Part shown: positions 37,376 through 48,333 of the stretch, one piece after another
Layout: the number at the start of each line of letters is the position of its first letter
Numbering within the stretch: the first letter of the stretch is position 1
Virus record (IMG/VR): IMGVR_UViG_3300022841_000008
Source of the DNA: an uncultured virus (IMG/VR IMGVR_UViG_3300022841_000008)
Lineage: Duplodnaviria; Heunggongvirae; Uroviricota; Caudoviricetes
Length of the DNA: 56,796 nucleotides
Strand: one strand, 5' to 3'
Notes under the pieces: model-generated
What the model was told of the DNA's origin: nothing
The model's database searches: none
Seen by the model: the letters and a program-made list of their open reading frames with translations, nothing else
Program-made: the position numbers and the translations under genes

Positions 37376-37600
37376 TTATGCACCAGTAGCATTTAATGCC
37401 CTAACTGCTGCTGCCAATCTGTCTAACGCTGCTCCTACCGTAGTTGGGGCAGTTCCTGCCCAATCTCCGGCTGTGGTTGGAGTATATGTCGTAGCATACA
37501 GTTCTGTGAAGTTTGCATTGACTTTGGTAAAGGCAGCACGTAGGCTATCACCCTGTTTGTCATTTGCCGAAGCGCCTACGTTAATTGTTTGTTGTGTCAT
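37376..37600 (-). CDS. miniature gp10-like N-terminal-module protein
   Basis: QTINVGASANDKQGDSLRAAFTKVNANFTELY plus a short C-terminal helix. Confidence 0.7.
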   Translation of the reverse strand: MTQQTINVGASANDKQGDSLRAAFTKVNANFTELYATTYTPTTAGDWAGTAPTTVGAALDRLAAAVRALNATGA

Positions 37601-37612
37601 TTATTGCTCCGA

Positions 37613-39085
37613 TTATACCAATGCTGCTATTGCTGTTTTAAATTCGGTAAAATCTGCACTTGCTGCTGCAATAGACTTTAATTGAGCTAAGTTAATAACT
37701 CTGCTGCCGTTAACTATTAATTCGTTTTCAATGTCCACATCACTGCTAAAAATTGTCTTAGGTGTTACAGTAATTGCTGAGCTGTCTGCACTATCAATTA
37801 ATGTAGTAAAGATATTTCCAGTCACAGCTCCTGTAACATTTCCACTGAATGTGCCGGCAGTTAAAATGTTTGTAGAAGGATCATATGTTAAACTAGTATC
37901 AGTTCTAACATTTTTGTTACCAGTTGCAGTGTCAACAAAAGCAAGATAGTGGACGGCTGCTGTTGAATCTGTAGCAATTAATGTAACTGTTGTAGCAGTA
38001 GTTGCGGTATCTGCATTGCCAATTACATTGCCGGTTACATTGCCAATTACATTGCCAGTTACATTGCCAAATAAGTCACCGTAGAATACACCATCAACCG
38101 CATCAACCATAATACTACTATTATCTGCAAATACTGACCCTGTTAAATCAAACACCGGATCAATTGTAAATGTTACGGTGTCTGTGCCAGCATTTTGACT
38201 AAGTGTTATACCTTGACCTGTTAAAAAGTTTAATACACCGTTAACACTGTTAGCTTCAAGCGGGCTTCCGCTTAGTCCATTAGTAGTCACATATCTAAAA
38301 GCATTACCTGCAGGAGCAGCGTTTGTAATTGTAACAATGCCTGTAGCTGCATCAGTTGACACAATTAATGCTGCTGATCCAGGTTCAACACTTAACACTC
38401 CAGTATTGGTTAATGCAACACCTCCGGTTGACGTACTTACATTGATACCTACACCTTGAGTTCTGCCACTTGGCAATGCTGTGGTATTTGTAAGACTAGT
38501 AACACCTGTGTTTGTAAAAGTTACGTTTCCTGTCGCACTGCTTACGCTAATACCTGTGCCTGCCGTAGCTGCAACAACTCCATTGTTATTGATTGTAATA
38601 GTCTCTGATGCAGAATCAACACCGAGTGTTATAGCTGTTCCAGAGTTTAGCCCAAAAGAATTGCTACCATCAATAGCAATGATAGAAAAATTATTATCAA
38701 CCTGTATTTCTTTAAAGAACGTTCTGTCTGGATCTTTAATTAGCAATCCATCTACTGTAGTTCCTGCCGGTAAATCTACGGTATATCCTATCCCTTTAAT
38801 ATGAGCAGTTCCTAACCATATGCCATTGATCGAATCTATATCGCTGTACTCGCCAAGATGGATAGATTTCCAATGATGAGTAGCATCTCCTATATTATAT
38901 AAATTATCAGTGGCCGGACTTATATTAGTATCTAACGATTCAAATGCAAGCGGAGCAAGACCAGAGCCGTCTCCAATAGTAGCAACAAGGATATCAAAAT
39001 TTTCATTAATCTTTGTAAATGCTTCTTGGACACTGCTCCACAATAGTGGAGGACTTCCTGGGTTTATATTATCGTTATATGCCAT
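37613..39085 (-). CDS. tail fibre-like protein
   Basis: AFTKINENF N-terminal motif; Thr/Gly-rich TNTGV and GNVT repeats. Confidence 0.7.
   Translation of the reverse strand: MAYNDNINPGSPPLLWSSVQEAFTKINENFDILVATIGDGSGLAPLAFESLDTNISPATDNLYNIGDATHHWKSIHLGEYSDIDSINGIWLGTAHIKGIGYTVDLPAGTTVDGLLIKDPDRTFFKEIQVDNNFSIIAIDGSNSFGLNSGTAITLGVDSASETITINNNGVVAATAGTGISVSSATGNVTFTNTGVTSLTNTTALPSGRTQGVGINVSTSTGGVALTNTGVLSVEPGSAALIVSTDAATGIVTITNAAPAGNAFRYVTTNGLSGSPLEANSVNGVLNFLTGQGITLSQNAGTDTVTFTIDPVFDLTGSVFADNSSIMVDAVDGVFYGDLFGNVTGNVIGNVTGNVIGNADTATTATTVTLIATDSTAAVHYLAFVDTATGNKNVRTDTSLTYDPSTNILTAGTFSGNVTGAVTGNIFTTLIDSADSSAITVTPKTIFSSDVDIENELIVNGSRVINLAQLKSIAAASADFTEFKTAIAALV
38014..38069. repeat. 12-bp coding repeat (GNV[T/I])
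   Basis: cattgcc recurs every 12 bp, five times. Confidence 0.85.
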
Positions 39086-42000
39086 TATGTTCTCCCTACT
39101 GCAATTTCAATAGTTCCAATATGATCACTATCGTACTCAACAAGTGCCTTGCCTACTACTGTACCAACTTTAACATCGGAACCGGCAGCAACAGCAACGC
39201 CTGATATTCTAGAAGTCACTAACATGTCTCCCTTTTTAATTTTACCAACTACTCGACATGGCACACGACCTTGTAGAGCCACTAAGTTTTTAAATCCTGG
39301 ACAAGCATCATACATAACAAACGCAGCAGTATCAGACACAACACCAGCAACTCTTGGATCGCCCTGCTTATCGGTTATAGTAACTTCCTTGTCACCACCA
39401 AACACTAATACAGTACCAACTTCATAGTCTTTATCACCTTCGTAGAATTCGGCCAAGTCGGCGGAGTAGGTTGATTGTAATCTAGATTCATTTGGGCTAG
39501 TTCCAGTTAATGTCCATCGTCCGGTAATAGTGCCGCTATCAGTATTACTGCCTGTAGTAATAGCTGTAGTTTGTATGCTTGAAACAGTAATCGGAGCAAA
39601 ACTAACACCGTTCTGTGTCTTGAAGATATGTGAATCATTCCAGTAGTTAGTTGTTTTATCTGTAGCAAGAGAACCATTAGATATTAGTATACCACCTCCA
39701 CTGTCGTATCCGTAGTATCTTAAGTACCCTCCAGTTGCAGTTGTAGCACCATCTATGGATAAGTTAGTATCGACTTTAACTTGAGAAATATCAATGTTAC
39801 GTCCGCCAAAGTCGCCATTACTATCTCTAGCAATTAGTTTACTTGCCTCAACACTTGCACTAGATCCAGCAGCAGCTTCGATCATTACATAGTCGCCGTC
39901 TGAGCTAGAGCTTGAACCGTTTGTTCTACGTAAAATACCAGTACCGCTATATTGATTTTTCTTAACCGCAAGGCCTAAATCAATTACGTTTGCAAATGTT
40001 ACTGCGCTTACATTAGCGGTATTTAACCCAGAATTGCCTAATACAGTCTTTGTAGCAATCTGTGCAATCTTTGTAATAACAAGTCCGTTATCCTTTACAG
40101 TTAGCCAACCATCAGTGGCAGTAAATTGCGCACTGTCAAAACTCGCTAGACCCAAATCAGCTTGAACAATACCTGTGGCATTAACACGAGCACTGGCAGC
40201 AGTCATTGCTAGTTTACTTTGCACAATTGCCGCATCTGATTTAACATCAGAGTTAATAATTGTATCGCTGTTAATCTGAATGTTTAAATCGCTACTGGTT
40301 CTAGTAGCAGTAACATCACCTGTGATAGTCACATTAATTGCTGCATCTCCAGATCCCGTAAACGATAATAGCTGTCCGGTTGTGGGTGTAGTAATTACTG
40401 TATTTTGAAAATTAGCAAAAGTTAAACTTTGTAAGTTAACAGCATCTTGGGGATTTACAGGATCTATAAGATTAGTAATCTTATTATTGTTGAGATTCAT
40501 CGGGCCTTTCATACCTAACTGTCCGTCTAGAGACATAAAGCCTCCGGAAACTGTTGGGATTAATTGACTCGCCGTTACTGTTCCGCCATCATGTGTTATA
40601 CCTAATCTTCGTTCGATATAGATACGTGCTGCATTTTCTGTTGGCACACTGTCAGTAGCATTGTCTGTAAAGCCACTGTCTGTTGAAAATTCACTTACTG
40701 GAACGCCTCGTTTAAAACCAATACCATCTAAGTTACTCAATGCAATTGACGCAGCAAATGTTACAGTACCTGTACCTTGATCGACTCGGAAGAATGGTCC
40801 AACACTGAAATTACCAAATTGGTCAGTGGTCACATAAAAGCAACGTCCAACATCTCGTTCATCAGTTTCTTGACTTGCGTTAACCGCGTTTACTGATGCT
40901 CCATAAATTTCGCTAGGATAGTTAGTATCTGCATAGGATCCTGTACCAATTTCTAACAAATCATGACTTGTTACACGAGTCAACGAAATACGAATAGTTA
41001 AACTACCAATAGCTCCGTTAGTTCTAATAGCCACTGCAGACTTAATTGTGTACGAATTTTGATAAGCAACTAGACTGTCGACTAACGGACGACTTAGAAC
41101 AAGTCTTGCATACGATTTATTGGTTACTGCTTCACTTTGATAATTGTCAATAATATATTCCTCTCCGAGGAACACAAATTTACTACCTGCTACTCTGCTT
41201 CTTTCCTGAGCAGCCACCGGAATTACAGCAAATGTTAAGTTGCCAACTTGCCCTGTTACTTTCCCGACAGTCTGTGTTCCTGATTGAGTCCCAGAAGTGT
41301 CTTGTGCATCACCTCCTGGAGAGAAACTAATCTGGAATTGGTCAGTAGTTAACCCGGCACTTATTACGTGAAAATTGTTATTAGAAGTTACTCCGGTAGG
41401 CAGCACTCCGGTACTTTCAAACTTAATAACATCGCCTGCAACGAACCCGTGAGCAACTAGACTAATTACACTAGGAGCTGCTATAGAAATAGTACAGGTT
41501 CTACCAGTTGGGTAATCGTCTGTAAAGTCACCAGGTTGGTATATTGTTAAGTCGTTGTAATTATAATTCTCTCTGGTAGTAGTTCTAGTCAACCCATAAA
41601 GTTCATAACCAAATGTTCCACTACCCAATGCAGTTACGGCTACTGGAGTCCCATTTTTTAACGTTGCTACCTTAAATTCAGTTTCAGTTAGACCGTCTGT
41701 AAGAACCCAATAAAATTGATTGTCATTTGTCAACGGCGTAGGCAATACTCCTGTGTAAGTTAATCCTACAGGAGTTCCAGCAGTTGTGGTTATAGCTGAA
41801 CCGCCAGGGGAGGCTGATAGTGTGAATGTTGTGGTACCATTAGTTGCAATGATATAGTAGACCACTTCATTAACGAACCCTGCAATACTACCAGTACCAC
41901 TGTTAAACCCGTTAATAGTAATGCTGTTGCCTACGACTAGTGTAGTTGCACTACAACTAAACTGTCCAGCAGTGCCAGTAATTATTACATTGCGTAGTAC

Positions 42001-45000
42001 TGGGTTAGATAATTGTAAGGTATAATTTTCTACTAGCTTGTGAGACTTAGCAGCTTGGATGTATAAGCTAGACCCGTCACCTAGTGTAGGACTAGCCCCG
42101 TCAACAGTTAGCGATAGATAGAATTGATTATATTCCGGAACGCCAATAACATAATATGTAGTGTCAGCAAGAAGACCGTTTGATGAACTTGTAGGAATAA
42201 CTACGTCGCCTACTCTTAATTTATGATTACCACTAGTGGTACACAAATTTGTAGCGATATCGGTAATTGTTAGTAATATTTTAAATACAGCTGGATCAGC
42301 AACAGTGACGCTTACATCATATGGCGCATTTGAATCTGCATACTGAGTAAACTGCAAAACTCGATAGACGTTATCTTCAGTCTCTCTTAGTTTTAAACCA
42401 GTTGATGGTCTAACAGCAACTTCAGCTAAATCTCCAGTAAGTAATATCTGTCCGTTGTTTCTAATGGTTAGTACTGTGTCATTCGGTACTTGTGCAAATA
42501 ATCCACCAATGGTAACCCCACCACCACCGCCAATGTTTAGTCTAGCAACACCAGCCGGCAAGTCAGCGGTTGTTACATTGCTGACTGGGTATCTATAAAT
42601 TATGCCGCCATGATCAATTTCTAATTCACTACTGCCTAACGGAGTATATTCATATCCGTACACAAAGATGAATAAGCCATCTATTGTATTTGCATAAGTT
42701 GCTGATGGAAAATAACACTTAGCTCGTTGACTAAATTCTTCATAAACTGTAGTTGGTGTTGGAACTTCTAATGGATCCGCCCCTTCTGCAACTAGGGCAT
42801 AATTACCATGGGCACTTGACCCACCAACACTTCGAATCTGTCCACCATTGATAGAATAGTATGAAATATGGCAGTAGTAGGTAAACATTGACACAGCTTC
42901 AATCAATCCGCCGTTTGTTGCCACTAGACCGTATCCTAAATCGTTAATTTGTGTAAAGTCATTTGACAGCATAGAACGGTTGCCAGGCATCAACAATTCA
43001 TACTTACGTTGATAAGCAAATGTTCCAGTACCGCTTGATGTTGTAGCAACTTTTACAATTGATCCAAACGTTGCAGTTATGTTAAAGGTGTTATTGGTTA
43101 GACCGTCGGCAACTACATAATATTCTTTGTCTGCAATAATACCTGCAGGCAACCCGCCACCTGCACTTACTGAAAATATAATAGTAGCACCTGGTTGAAG
43201 TCGGTGCTCAACAACAGTAATAACAGCCGGATCACCATTGCTAATAGTACATGTTTGGCCACCAGCAGCCCTAATAAATGGTGTAGTTTCATCTAATACA
43301 AATGTAGCAGTTGAGCCAGCTGTACTGTACACAAAGTCTCTAACATAGTTAATACGGAATACACTATCATCTACCAAGAAGCTAGCTGGCAGTTTAGGTA
43401 AACGCTCAAGGCCGCTTACTGTTAGTCTGGTAAATGTAGCATCTGATGCCGTGTGATCAAATTGCAAGTTACCGGTAAACCCGTCAACAAACTTGCCGCC
43501 TGCAAACACTTGTCTATTAGTTGATTGTGAAAAGCTGGCACACTCTTGAGCGTACGGAGACTTAGCCTGAACTTGCCCTTCAGGGTCAAGCACCAACATA
43601 AAGCCACCGTGTCCCTGCGCAGTAATTGCCTGCCAGCGGCAAGCATCGTTTGCAAGGAAAACGTCCATCTGATTGTTTTCTTTAGGATAGTTTACACTTC
43701 CTGACCCATCCATTACATCTTTAATGGCTGTGATTAAATCAGTTATTACCGTATCTGCATTAATTTCGGCAGCAAATGCTCTATCAATAGTTTGTGGATA
43801 CAGTAATTGATAAGTTGTTGCAACTGCGGTATTAGTAATGACCTGTTGAATTAACTCGTTTAGGTGATCTATTGATGCTAGTGTTTCTGATAGTTGAGTA
43901 GTAATAGCAATACGAGCACTAGCACTTTGATAATATTTTAAACCAGCCGATATGGTTCTATTGTAATCACCGTATTCTAAGTCAAAAGTTAGGGCATCAA
44001 TAATTAACCCAATGTCTCGTTTGCACAGATTAACATCATATTCGAAGGCAGTTGTAAACGGAGCTACATTATTAGCTATTTGATTAGCTATCCATCCGCT
44101 TACTTCTTCTTGCATGAACGAGCGATTTAATTGTATCAATGCGCTAGCCGCAATATAGTCACCTGGATTATTAATCTTTGGATACACTGGCTGACTTGGA
44201 TCTTGAAGATAATGATAACCGAATGGCGAGTCAACCGCAGTAGTTAATCCGTCAATTACAAGATCTCTACGGAACTTTCGGAAGGCCCATGGACTTGAAC
44301 TAGTTCCTATTCTTGGTCTAACAATACAACGACGAAATTCATTACCTACAATAGATACATTTTGTGGAACCTTTAGAGGATAATTTTCTTCGTAAACTCC
44401 ACTTTCGACTAGAATAGTGATTTGAATACTTTTAGTAACGTCGCCGTATGCAACCGGTTCATCGATCTCAAACGCTCCTACCTTAATATCAACGTCAAAT
44501 AATTCGTTACCTAAACTATCAAGTGAGCCGTCGTGTGCTAAAATTTGAGCCAATGCTCCGCTATTTTCGCCACGTAAGAATAAGCCTTCGCGGATGTCTC
44601 GACCTCGAATTGCTTGCGGAGTATTAGTAGTGACATCACCAGTGAAGTCTGTTCGTTGACCGTCTGTGAAGATAGCAAATCGAGGAAGGTTAACTTCTAA
44701 TGAGGGCAACGTAGTAAATCCAGAACCTTGATCTGTAATAGTAACACTAGAAATAGTGCCACCACTAACCACAGCGGTACCAAATGCACCAGCACCACTA
44801 CCTCCGGCAATTCGAACAGAAACTAAACTATACCCAGATCCCACATTTGTAATACTAATACTATTAACTTTATACGTAATATTAAACGTTGCGCCGGCAC
44901 CAATTGCACTAATTCCTGCTGGTGCAGCCGATGTACTAATAGTTGTTGCATTACCAACTGCACCAGGCAACCCTGAATATACTCCAGTTGAAATAATCCT

Positions 45001-46122
45001 AAAAGTTGAAATAGCCCCGGGAGTAGTTAATGTGGATAACACTTCAATAGTCGCAGCAGCGCCGCCGACTGGAATAGCGCCTCCGGTAACTGTTAAAATA
45101 TCTCCAACAAAGTAGTTGGTACCGACACTGTTAATTACTAACGTGTCCACACTCATTCGGACTTCGCCTGCAAATCCTGAACCGGATTCGGGACTTGTTT
45201 CGATACTTGATAATGTACAAGTATTAACACCATTATCGTAGGTTAATAGTTTCTTGTATGGGCCAATCTCTAGCTTTGATTCTAATACTAACTCTTCAGC
45301 TCGGCGAAGTGCTGCTTCTAATGTTTTATAGGCATATGCTAATGCACGACCTTGTAGTGCTTTACTAACACCAACTCGAGCATCTTGCCCAGAGGTTGCA
45401 ACATACAAGTTTGCCACGCTACCAAAAGATGAATTATCGACATATCGTTTTGTTGCAGCAACAAGACCGTTGTAGTTAACGTCGTCATCTGGTTCCGGAT
45501 CTCGAGAAAGAATTAGCGGACCGCCCATACGTCCAAATGCAGAACTTACTAACCCTGTTGCTGGGTCGATAGCAGTTGCTCCGCCTAGTGAAATTTTGCC
45601 GTCAACATATCCTTTGTTAGCAGCTAATCTAACGGCTGTTGATGCAGACTCATTATGATCTGCTGAAAGCTGCTCTCTAGCATCGATAACTTCAGCTTGA
45701 ACACGCAGATCTGGCAGGTTGCCAATAGGGTGTATTTTACCGCCGAAGAATGCATTTAGTGATCCTCCTAGCGCCGGAAACGTGTCTGATGAAATTGACG
45801 AGAACGCTGAGTTAAGAGTAATTTCATTTTCGTTGGTAGTATAGTCAATAGTAATACCTGTTCCGCCTTTTAGAGACTTGAACGTGACTCCTGACTCGGT
45901 ATTGTTAACTGTTACTAGTGGAGTAAGCCCAGTTTCTGGATCATTCTGTCCAACATACGAAACTGGAGAATCATCTAATCCAATAAAGGTTAGTTTTTCA
46001 CCGAGTCCAAGTGAACTGTATAGTTCTCTAAAGTTGTCGTTTACTTTTCTAAACGAGTCGCGAATACTATCGCCTGTGCCGTCGTTACCTACAACGCCTA
46101 CGTCAATTTGTTTACGGGCCAT
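39085..46122 (-). CDS. giant tail fibre/tailspike (2345 aa) with a C-terminal intramolecular chaperone (peptidase G2-like) domain
   Basis: gp10-like N-terminus (IDVGVVGNDGTGDSIRDSFRKVNDNFRELY); repeated H-L-G-F-LP-G-YYV beta modules; C-terminal ADLAEFY...VAGVVS...VALQGRVP. Confidence 0.8.
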   Translation of the reverse strand: MARKQIDVGVVGNDGTGDSIRDSFRKVNDNFRELYSSLGLGEKLTFIGLDDSPVSYVGQNDPETGLTPLVTVNNTESGVTFKSLKGGTGITIDYTTNENEITLNSAFSSISSDTFPALGGSLNAFFGGKIHPIGNLPDLRVQAEVIDAREQLSADHNESASTAVRLAANKGYVDGKISLGGATAIDPATGLVSSAFGRMGGPLILSRDPEPDDDVNYNGLVAATKRYVDNSSFGSVANLYVATSGQDARVGVSKALQGRALAYAYKTLEAALRRAEELVLESKLEIGPYKKLLTYDNGVNTCTLSSIETSPESGSGFAGEVRMSVDTLVINSVGTNYFVGDILTVTGGAIPVGGAAATIEVLSTLTTPGAISTFRIISTGVYSGLPGAVGNATTISTSAAPAGISAIGAGATFNITYKVNSISITNVGSGYSLVSVRIAGGSGAGAFGTAVVSGGTISSVTITDQGSGFTTLPSLEVNLPRFAIFTDGQRTDFTGDVTTNTPQAIRGRDIREGLFLRGENSGALAQILAHDGSLDSLGNELFDVDIKVGAFEIDEPVAYGDVTKSIQITILVESGVYEENYPLKVPQNVSIVGNEFRRCIVRPRIGTSSSPWAFRKFRRDLVIDGLTTAVDSPFGYHYLQDPSQPVYPKINNPGDYIAASALIQLNRSFMQEEVSGWIANQIANNVAPFTTAFEYDVNLCKRDIGLIIDALTFDLEYGDYNRTISAGLKYYQSASARIAITTQLSETLASIDHLNELIQQVITNTAVATTYQLLYPQTIDRAFAAEINADTVITDLITAIKDVMDGSGSVNYPKENNQMDVFLANDACRWQAITAQGHGGFMLVLDPEGQVQAKSPYAQECASFSQSTNRQVFAGGKFVDGFTGNLQFDHTASDATFTRLTVSGLERLPKLPASFLVDDSVFRINYVRDFVYSTAGSTATFVLDETTPFIRAAGGQTCTISNGDPAVITVVEHRLQPGATIIFSVSAGGGLPAGIIADKEYYVVADGLTNNTFNITATFGSIVKVATTSSGTGTFAYQRKYELLMPGNRSMLSNDFTQINDLGYGLVATNGGLIEAVSMFTYYCHISYYSINGGQIRSVGGSSAHGNYALVAEGADPLEVPTPTTVYEEFSQRAKCYFPSATYANTIDGLFIFVYGYEYTPLGSSELEIDHGGIIYRYPVSNVTTADLPAGVARLNIGGGGGVTIGGLFAQVPNDTVLTIRNNGQILLTGDLAEVAVRPSTGLKLRETEDNVYRVLQFTQYADSNAPYDVSVTVADPAVFKILLTITDIATNLCTTSGNHKLRVGDVVIPTSSSNGLLADTTYYVIGVPEYNQFYLSLTVDGASPTLGDGSSLYIQAAKSHKLVENYTLQLSNPVLRNVIITGTAGQFSCSATTLVVGNSITINGFNSGTGSIAGFVNEVVYYIIATNGTTTFTLSASPGGSAITTTAGTPVGLTYTGVLPTPLTNDNQFYWVLTDGLTETEFKVATLKNGTPVAVTALGSGTFGYELYGLTRTTTRENYNYNDLTIYQPGDFTDDYPTGRTCTISIAAPSVISLVAHGFVAGDVIKFESTGVLPTGVTSNNNFHVISAGLTTDQFQISFSPGGDAQDTSGTQSGTQTVGKVTGQVGNLTFAVIPVAAQERSRVAGSKFVFLGEEYIIDNYQSEAVTNKSYARLVLSRPLVDSLVAYQNSYTIKSAVAIRTNGAIGSLTIRISLTRVTSHDLLEIGTGSYADTNYPSEIYGASVNAVNASQETDERDVGRCFYVTTDQFGNFSVGPFFRVDQGTGTVTFAASIALSNLDGIGFKRGVPVSEFSTDSGFTDNATDSVPTENAARIYIERRLGITHDGGTVTASQLIPTVSGGFMSLDGQLGMKGPMNLNNNKITNLIDPVNPQDAVNLQSLTFANFQNTVITTPTTGQLLSFTGSGDAAINVTITGDVTATRTSSDLNIQINSDTIINSDVKSDAAIVQSKLAMTAASARVNATGIVQADLGLASFDSAQFTATDGWLTVKDNGLVITKIAQIATKTVLGNSGLNTANVSAVTFANVIDLGLAVKKNQYSGTGILRRTNGSSSSSDGDYVMIEAAAGSSASVEASKLIARDSNGDFGGRNIDISQVKVDTNLSIDGATTATGGYLRYYGYDSGGGILISNGSLATDKTTNYWNDSHIFKTQNGVSFAPITVSSIQTTAITTGSNTDSGTITGRWTLTGTSPNESRLQSTYSADLAEFYEGDKDYEVGTVLVFGGDKEVTITDKQGDPRVAGVVSDTAAFVMYDACPGFKNLVALQGRVPCRVVGKIKKGDMLVTSRISGVAVAAGSDVKVGTVVGKALVEYDSDHIGTIEIAVGRT

Positions 46123-46192
46123 GTTTAATCCTAAGAAATATGGTTACTCTACTATTTAGCCCGAAGTTTTATAAACCTAATGTAAATACAGT

Positions 46193-46480
46193 ATGTTCCT
46201 TACTACACAAACAGAAATAATTCAGCATACTAGAACTAGCAAACTAGGCAATGCTCATACATACAGCCGTCAGAAAACAACAGCACTATTTCGTTGCGAC
46301 AACTGTGATACTAACTTTACTAGAGAGTTGAAGAAAATAGATCGTAAGAGATTAAGTAATAACTATTTTCACGTTTGCTCAAGCTGTGATGCTAAAAGAT
46401 TTGCACAGCGTATTGGAGTAGAGCAGAAAAAGATTTGGGACTTGCCAGCTAGCACCACTTTACCGGTGGGTAAGTATTAA
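46193..46480 (+). CDS. zinc-finger-like hypothetical protein
   Basis: CDNC...CSSC; TAAATA 4 nt upstream of the ATG. Confidence 0.75.
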   Translation: MFLTTQTEIIQHTRTSKLGNAHTYSRQKTTALFRCDNCDTNFTRELKKIDRKRLSNNYFHVCSSCDAKRFAQRIGVEQKKIWDLPASTTLPVGKY

Positions 46481-46515
46481 TCTAGTGTAAATAGAAGTCC
46501 TAAGGAGATTTCGAT

Positions 46516-46776
46516 ATGATCGGATTTATTAAAAAACTATTTGGCGTTAAGTCACCAGAAGCAACAACGCCAGTTATCAACCCCGCAGTAGACGCAGCTA
46601 ATTCAGCACCGTATAAAGTACCAGAGCCCGCAGCTATTACACCAATTCCGCTAGTAGCCAAAATTACGCCAAAGAAAAAGCCGGTACCTAAAAAGCAACA
46701 ATTTGCTAAGAAAGCACCAGCTGTTAAAGCACCAGCTAAAAAGACAGTACCAAAAAAATCAAAGCCCGCGGCTTAA
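46516..46776 (+). CDS. hypothetical protein with a Lys/Ala/Pro-rich tail
   Basis: AGGAG RBS; MIGFIKKLFG amphipathic start; KKAPA repeats. Confidence 0.75.
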   Translation: MIGFIKKLFGVKSPEATTPVINPAVDAANSAPYKVPEPAAITPIPLVAKITPKKKPVPKKQQFAKKAPAVKAPAKKTVPKKSKPAA

Positions 46777-47784
46777 TCGCTGTTGGTATAAAGTAGAACT
46801 CGAAATATTTTTACCTTTTGATTCACACATAATATCGTGTGTATCTGAAAAGCTCAGAGCCCAATCGTTCACTGCTGTATTCCAGTAAAAGTTCGAGTGT
46901 GCTCGGAGCTTTTGCTTTTTGTAGCCCTGTGTTAATAGAGATGGAAGATCAGGAATGATATTCTCAGGGTGATCGACTAACCAGTCTTCTCGTGATACAC
47001 TATAATGAATAACAGGGCGGACACCGCGCCAGCTATCGATCACACGCTTACATCTATCGTCGGAGGCTTGAATGTACTCTCCTGTACGGATCCAGTGGTG
47101 GTGTATGTCAAGCACAAGGGCGCAGTGCTTTTCAAGTTCGAGACTGCTTTCGATTCCCCAACACATTTCGTCGTTTTCGATAGTGATACAGTTTCTTGCT
47201 TCTGGGGACAATCTTGGGAGGACGTCGATAATACCTTGGGGACCTTTTCGACCCGATATGTGTACATTGATCTTAAAGTCCTGGAAACTCTTGCCGTATC
47301 CCATCCAGCGAACCATGTCTGTATGATATTCAAATTCCTCTATAGATCTCTCTACAATCTCCGGAGTTTCTGATGCTAGTACAGTAAACTGGCCGGGATG
47401 CATAGATAAGCGAACATTCTTCTTTCGAGCTAACTCGCCAACTTCTCCAAATGCTTTTTCGCAATATGCTCGTACATCGGCACTCTTCCAATACTTACCC
47501 CAAACTGACTGAGTATAAACAGGAAGGATATCGCTGCTGAGCCGTACCATTCTAAGATTTTCATCAAGGTCTCCTACGCGATCAACCAGCTTGCGAACTG
47601 CTTCGATATTGCCTACCATTAGATCATAGAGCTTTTGTTCTGCTACTTGCTTTGTTTGTCTATTTAACCAGGCCACTGTAGTGCTGCCTGTGTTCAATGC
47701 CTTGCATTCGTCCGTAGGTTTAATCCCTTTTATTTGATCAGGGCGATCAATCCATTTACAAGCAAAGCCAATTCGTTTAATCAT
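46759..47784 (-). CDS. uvsE: UV damage repair endonuclease
   Basis: RIGFACK, RLSSDILP, RLSMHPGQF, IEND, LDIHHH, HS, MCESKGK. Confidence 0.93.
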   Translation of the reverse strand: MIKRIGFACKWIDRPDQIKGIKPTDECKALNTGSTTVAWLNRQTKQVAEQKLYDLMVGNIEAVRKLVDRVGDLDENLRMVRLSSDILPVYTQSVWGKYWKSADVRAYCEKAFGEVGELARKKNVRLSMHPGQFTVLASETPEIVERSIEEFEYHTDMVRWMGYGKSFQDFKINVHISGRKGPQGIIDVLPRLSPEARNCITIENDEMCWGIESSLELEKHCALVLDIHHHWIRTGEYIQASDDRCKRVIDSWRGVRPVIHYSVSREDWLVDHPENIIPDLPSLLTQGYKKQKLRAHSNFYWNTAVNDWALSFSDTHDIMCESKGKNISSSTLYQQRLSRGL

Positions 47785-47938
47785 GATTTATTATGTCCGG
47801 AGTTATTAGGTCAATTGTGTTTACTACAGTCTTACCTGCATAGATAACAGTGGATGCAGTTACATCCACAACAGCTACCACGGTAGAGCAACCAGTAAGA
47901 GCTAAGGATACAACTAATAGATATGCTGTAACTTTCAT
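47777..47938 (-). CDS. small lipoprotein (53 aa; not in the ORF track)
   Basis: MKVTAYLLVVSLALTGCSTVVAVVDVTASTVIYAGKTVVNTIDLITPDIINHD*, lipobox LTGC. Confidence 0.75.
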   Translation of the reverse strand: MKVTAYLLVVSLALTGCSTVVAVVDVTASTVIYAGKTVVNTIDLITPDIINHD

Positions 47939-48333
47939 TAATATAACTGTGGTTCATTTGTGGGCTTACCTTGCAAAGCCATCCAAATCTCTTCTGCTTC
48001 GGTAAGGATAATTTCGTAATCTGCTAATATCGATCTACGAGTCTGTTCGGGCAAATTGCACCAAACTTCAACATTGTTGTAGCTACCTTTTGTTTCAGGA
48101 GGCATACATTCTTCGATCCAATCGGCTAATGCTTTAAATGCTTCTACAGTATTGTTAGGATGACTAGCACCAATAGCACGGCGAAAGTCGTTGGCTAGAA
48201 CTGCTGTAAAACAACTGCCAGGATTAAATCCGTGTACAATATAGTTGTACATAGGGTCAGCAAAGTCCTTGGGCACTGCCCAACGTTCAAAAGTTTTTAG
48301 GATTTTATTGCGGCTGTACTGTGTTAGTTTCAT
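47938..48333 (-). CDS. hypothetical protein
   Basis: 131-aa ORF in an operon. Confidence 0.75.
   Translation of the reverse strand: MKLTQYSRNKILKTFERWAVPKDFADPMYNYIVHGFNPGSCFTAVLANDFRRAIGASHPNNTVEAFKALADWIEECMPPETKGSYNNVEVWCNLPEQTRRSILADYEIILTEAEEIWMALQGKPTNEPQLY

Noticed and set aside
36779..46122. Diversity-generating retroelement acting on tail fibres
   Set aside because: No reverse transcriptase and no template/variable repeat pair were seen in the window
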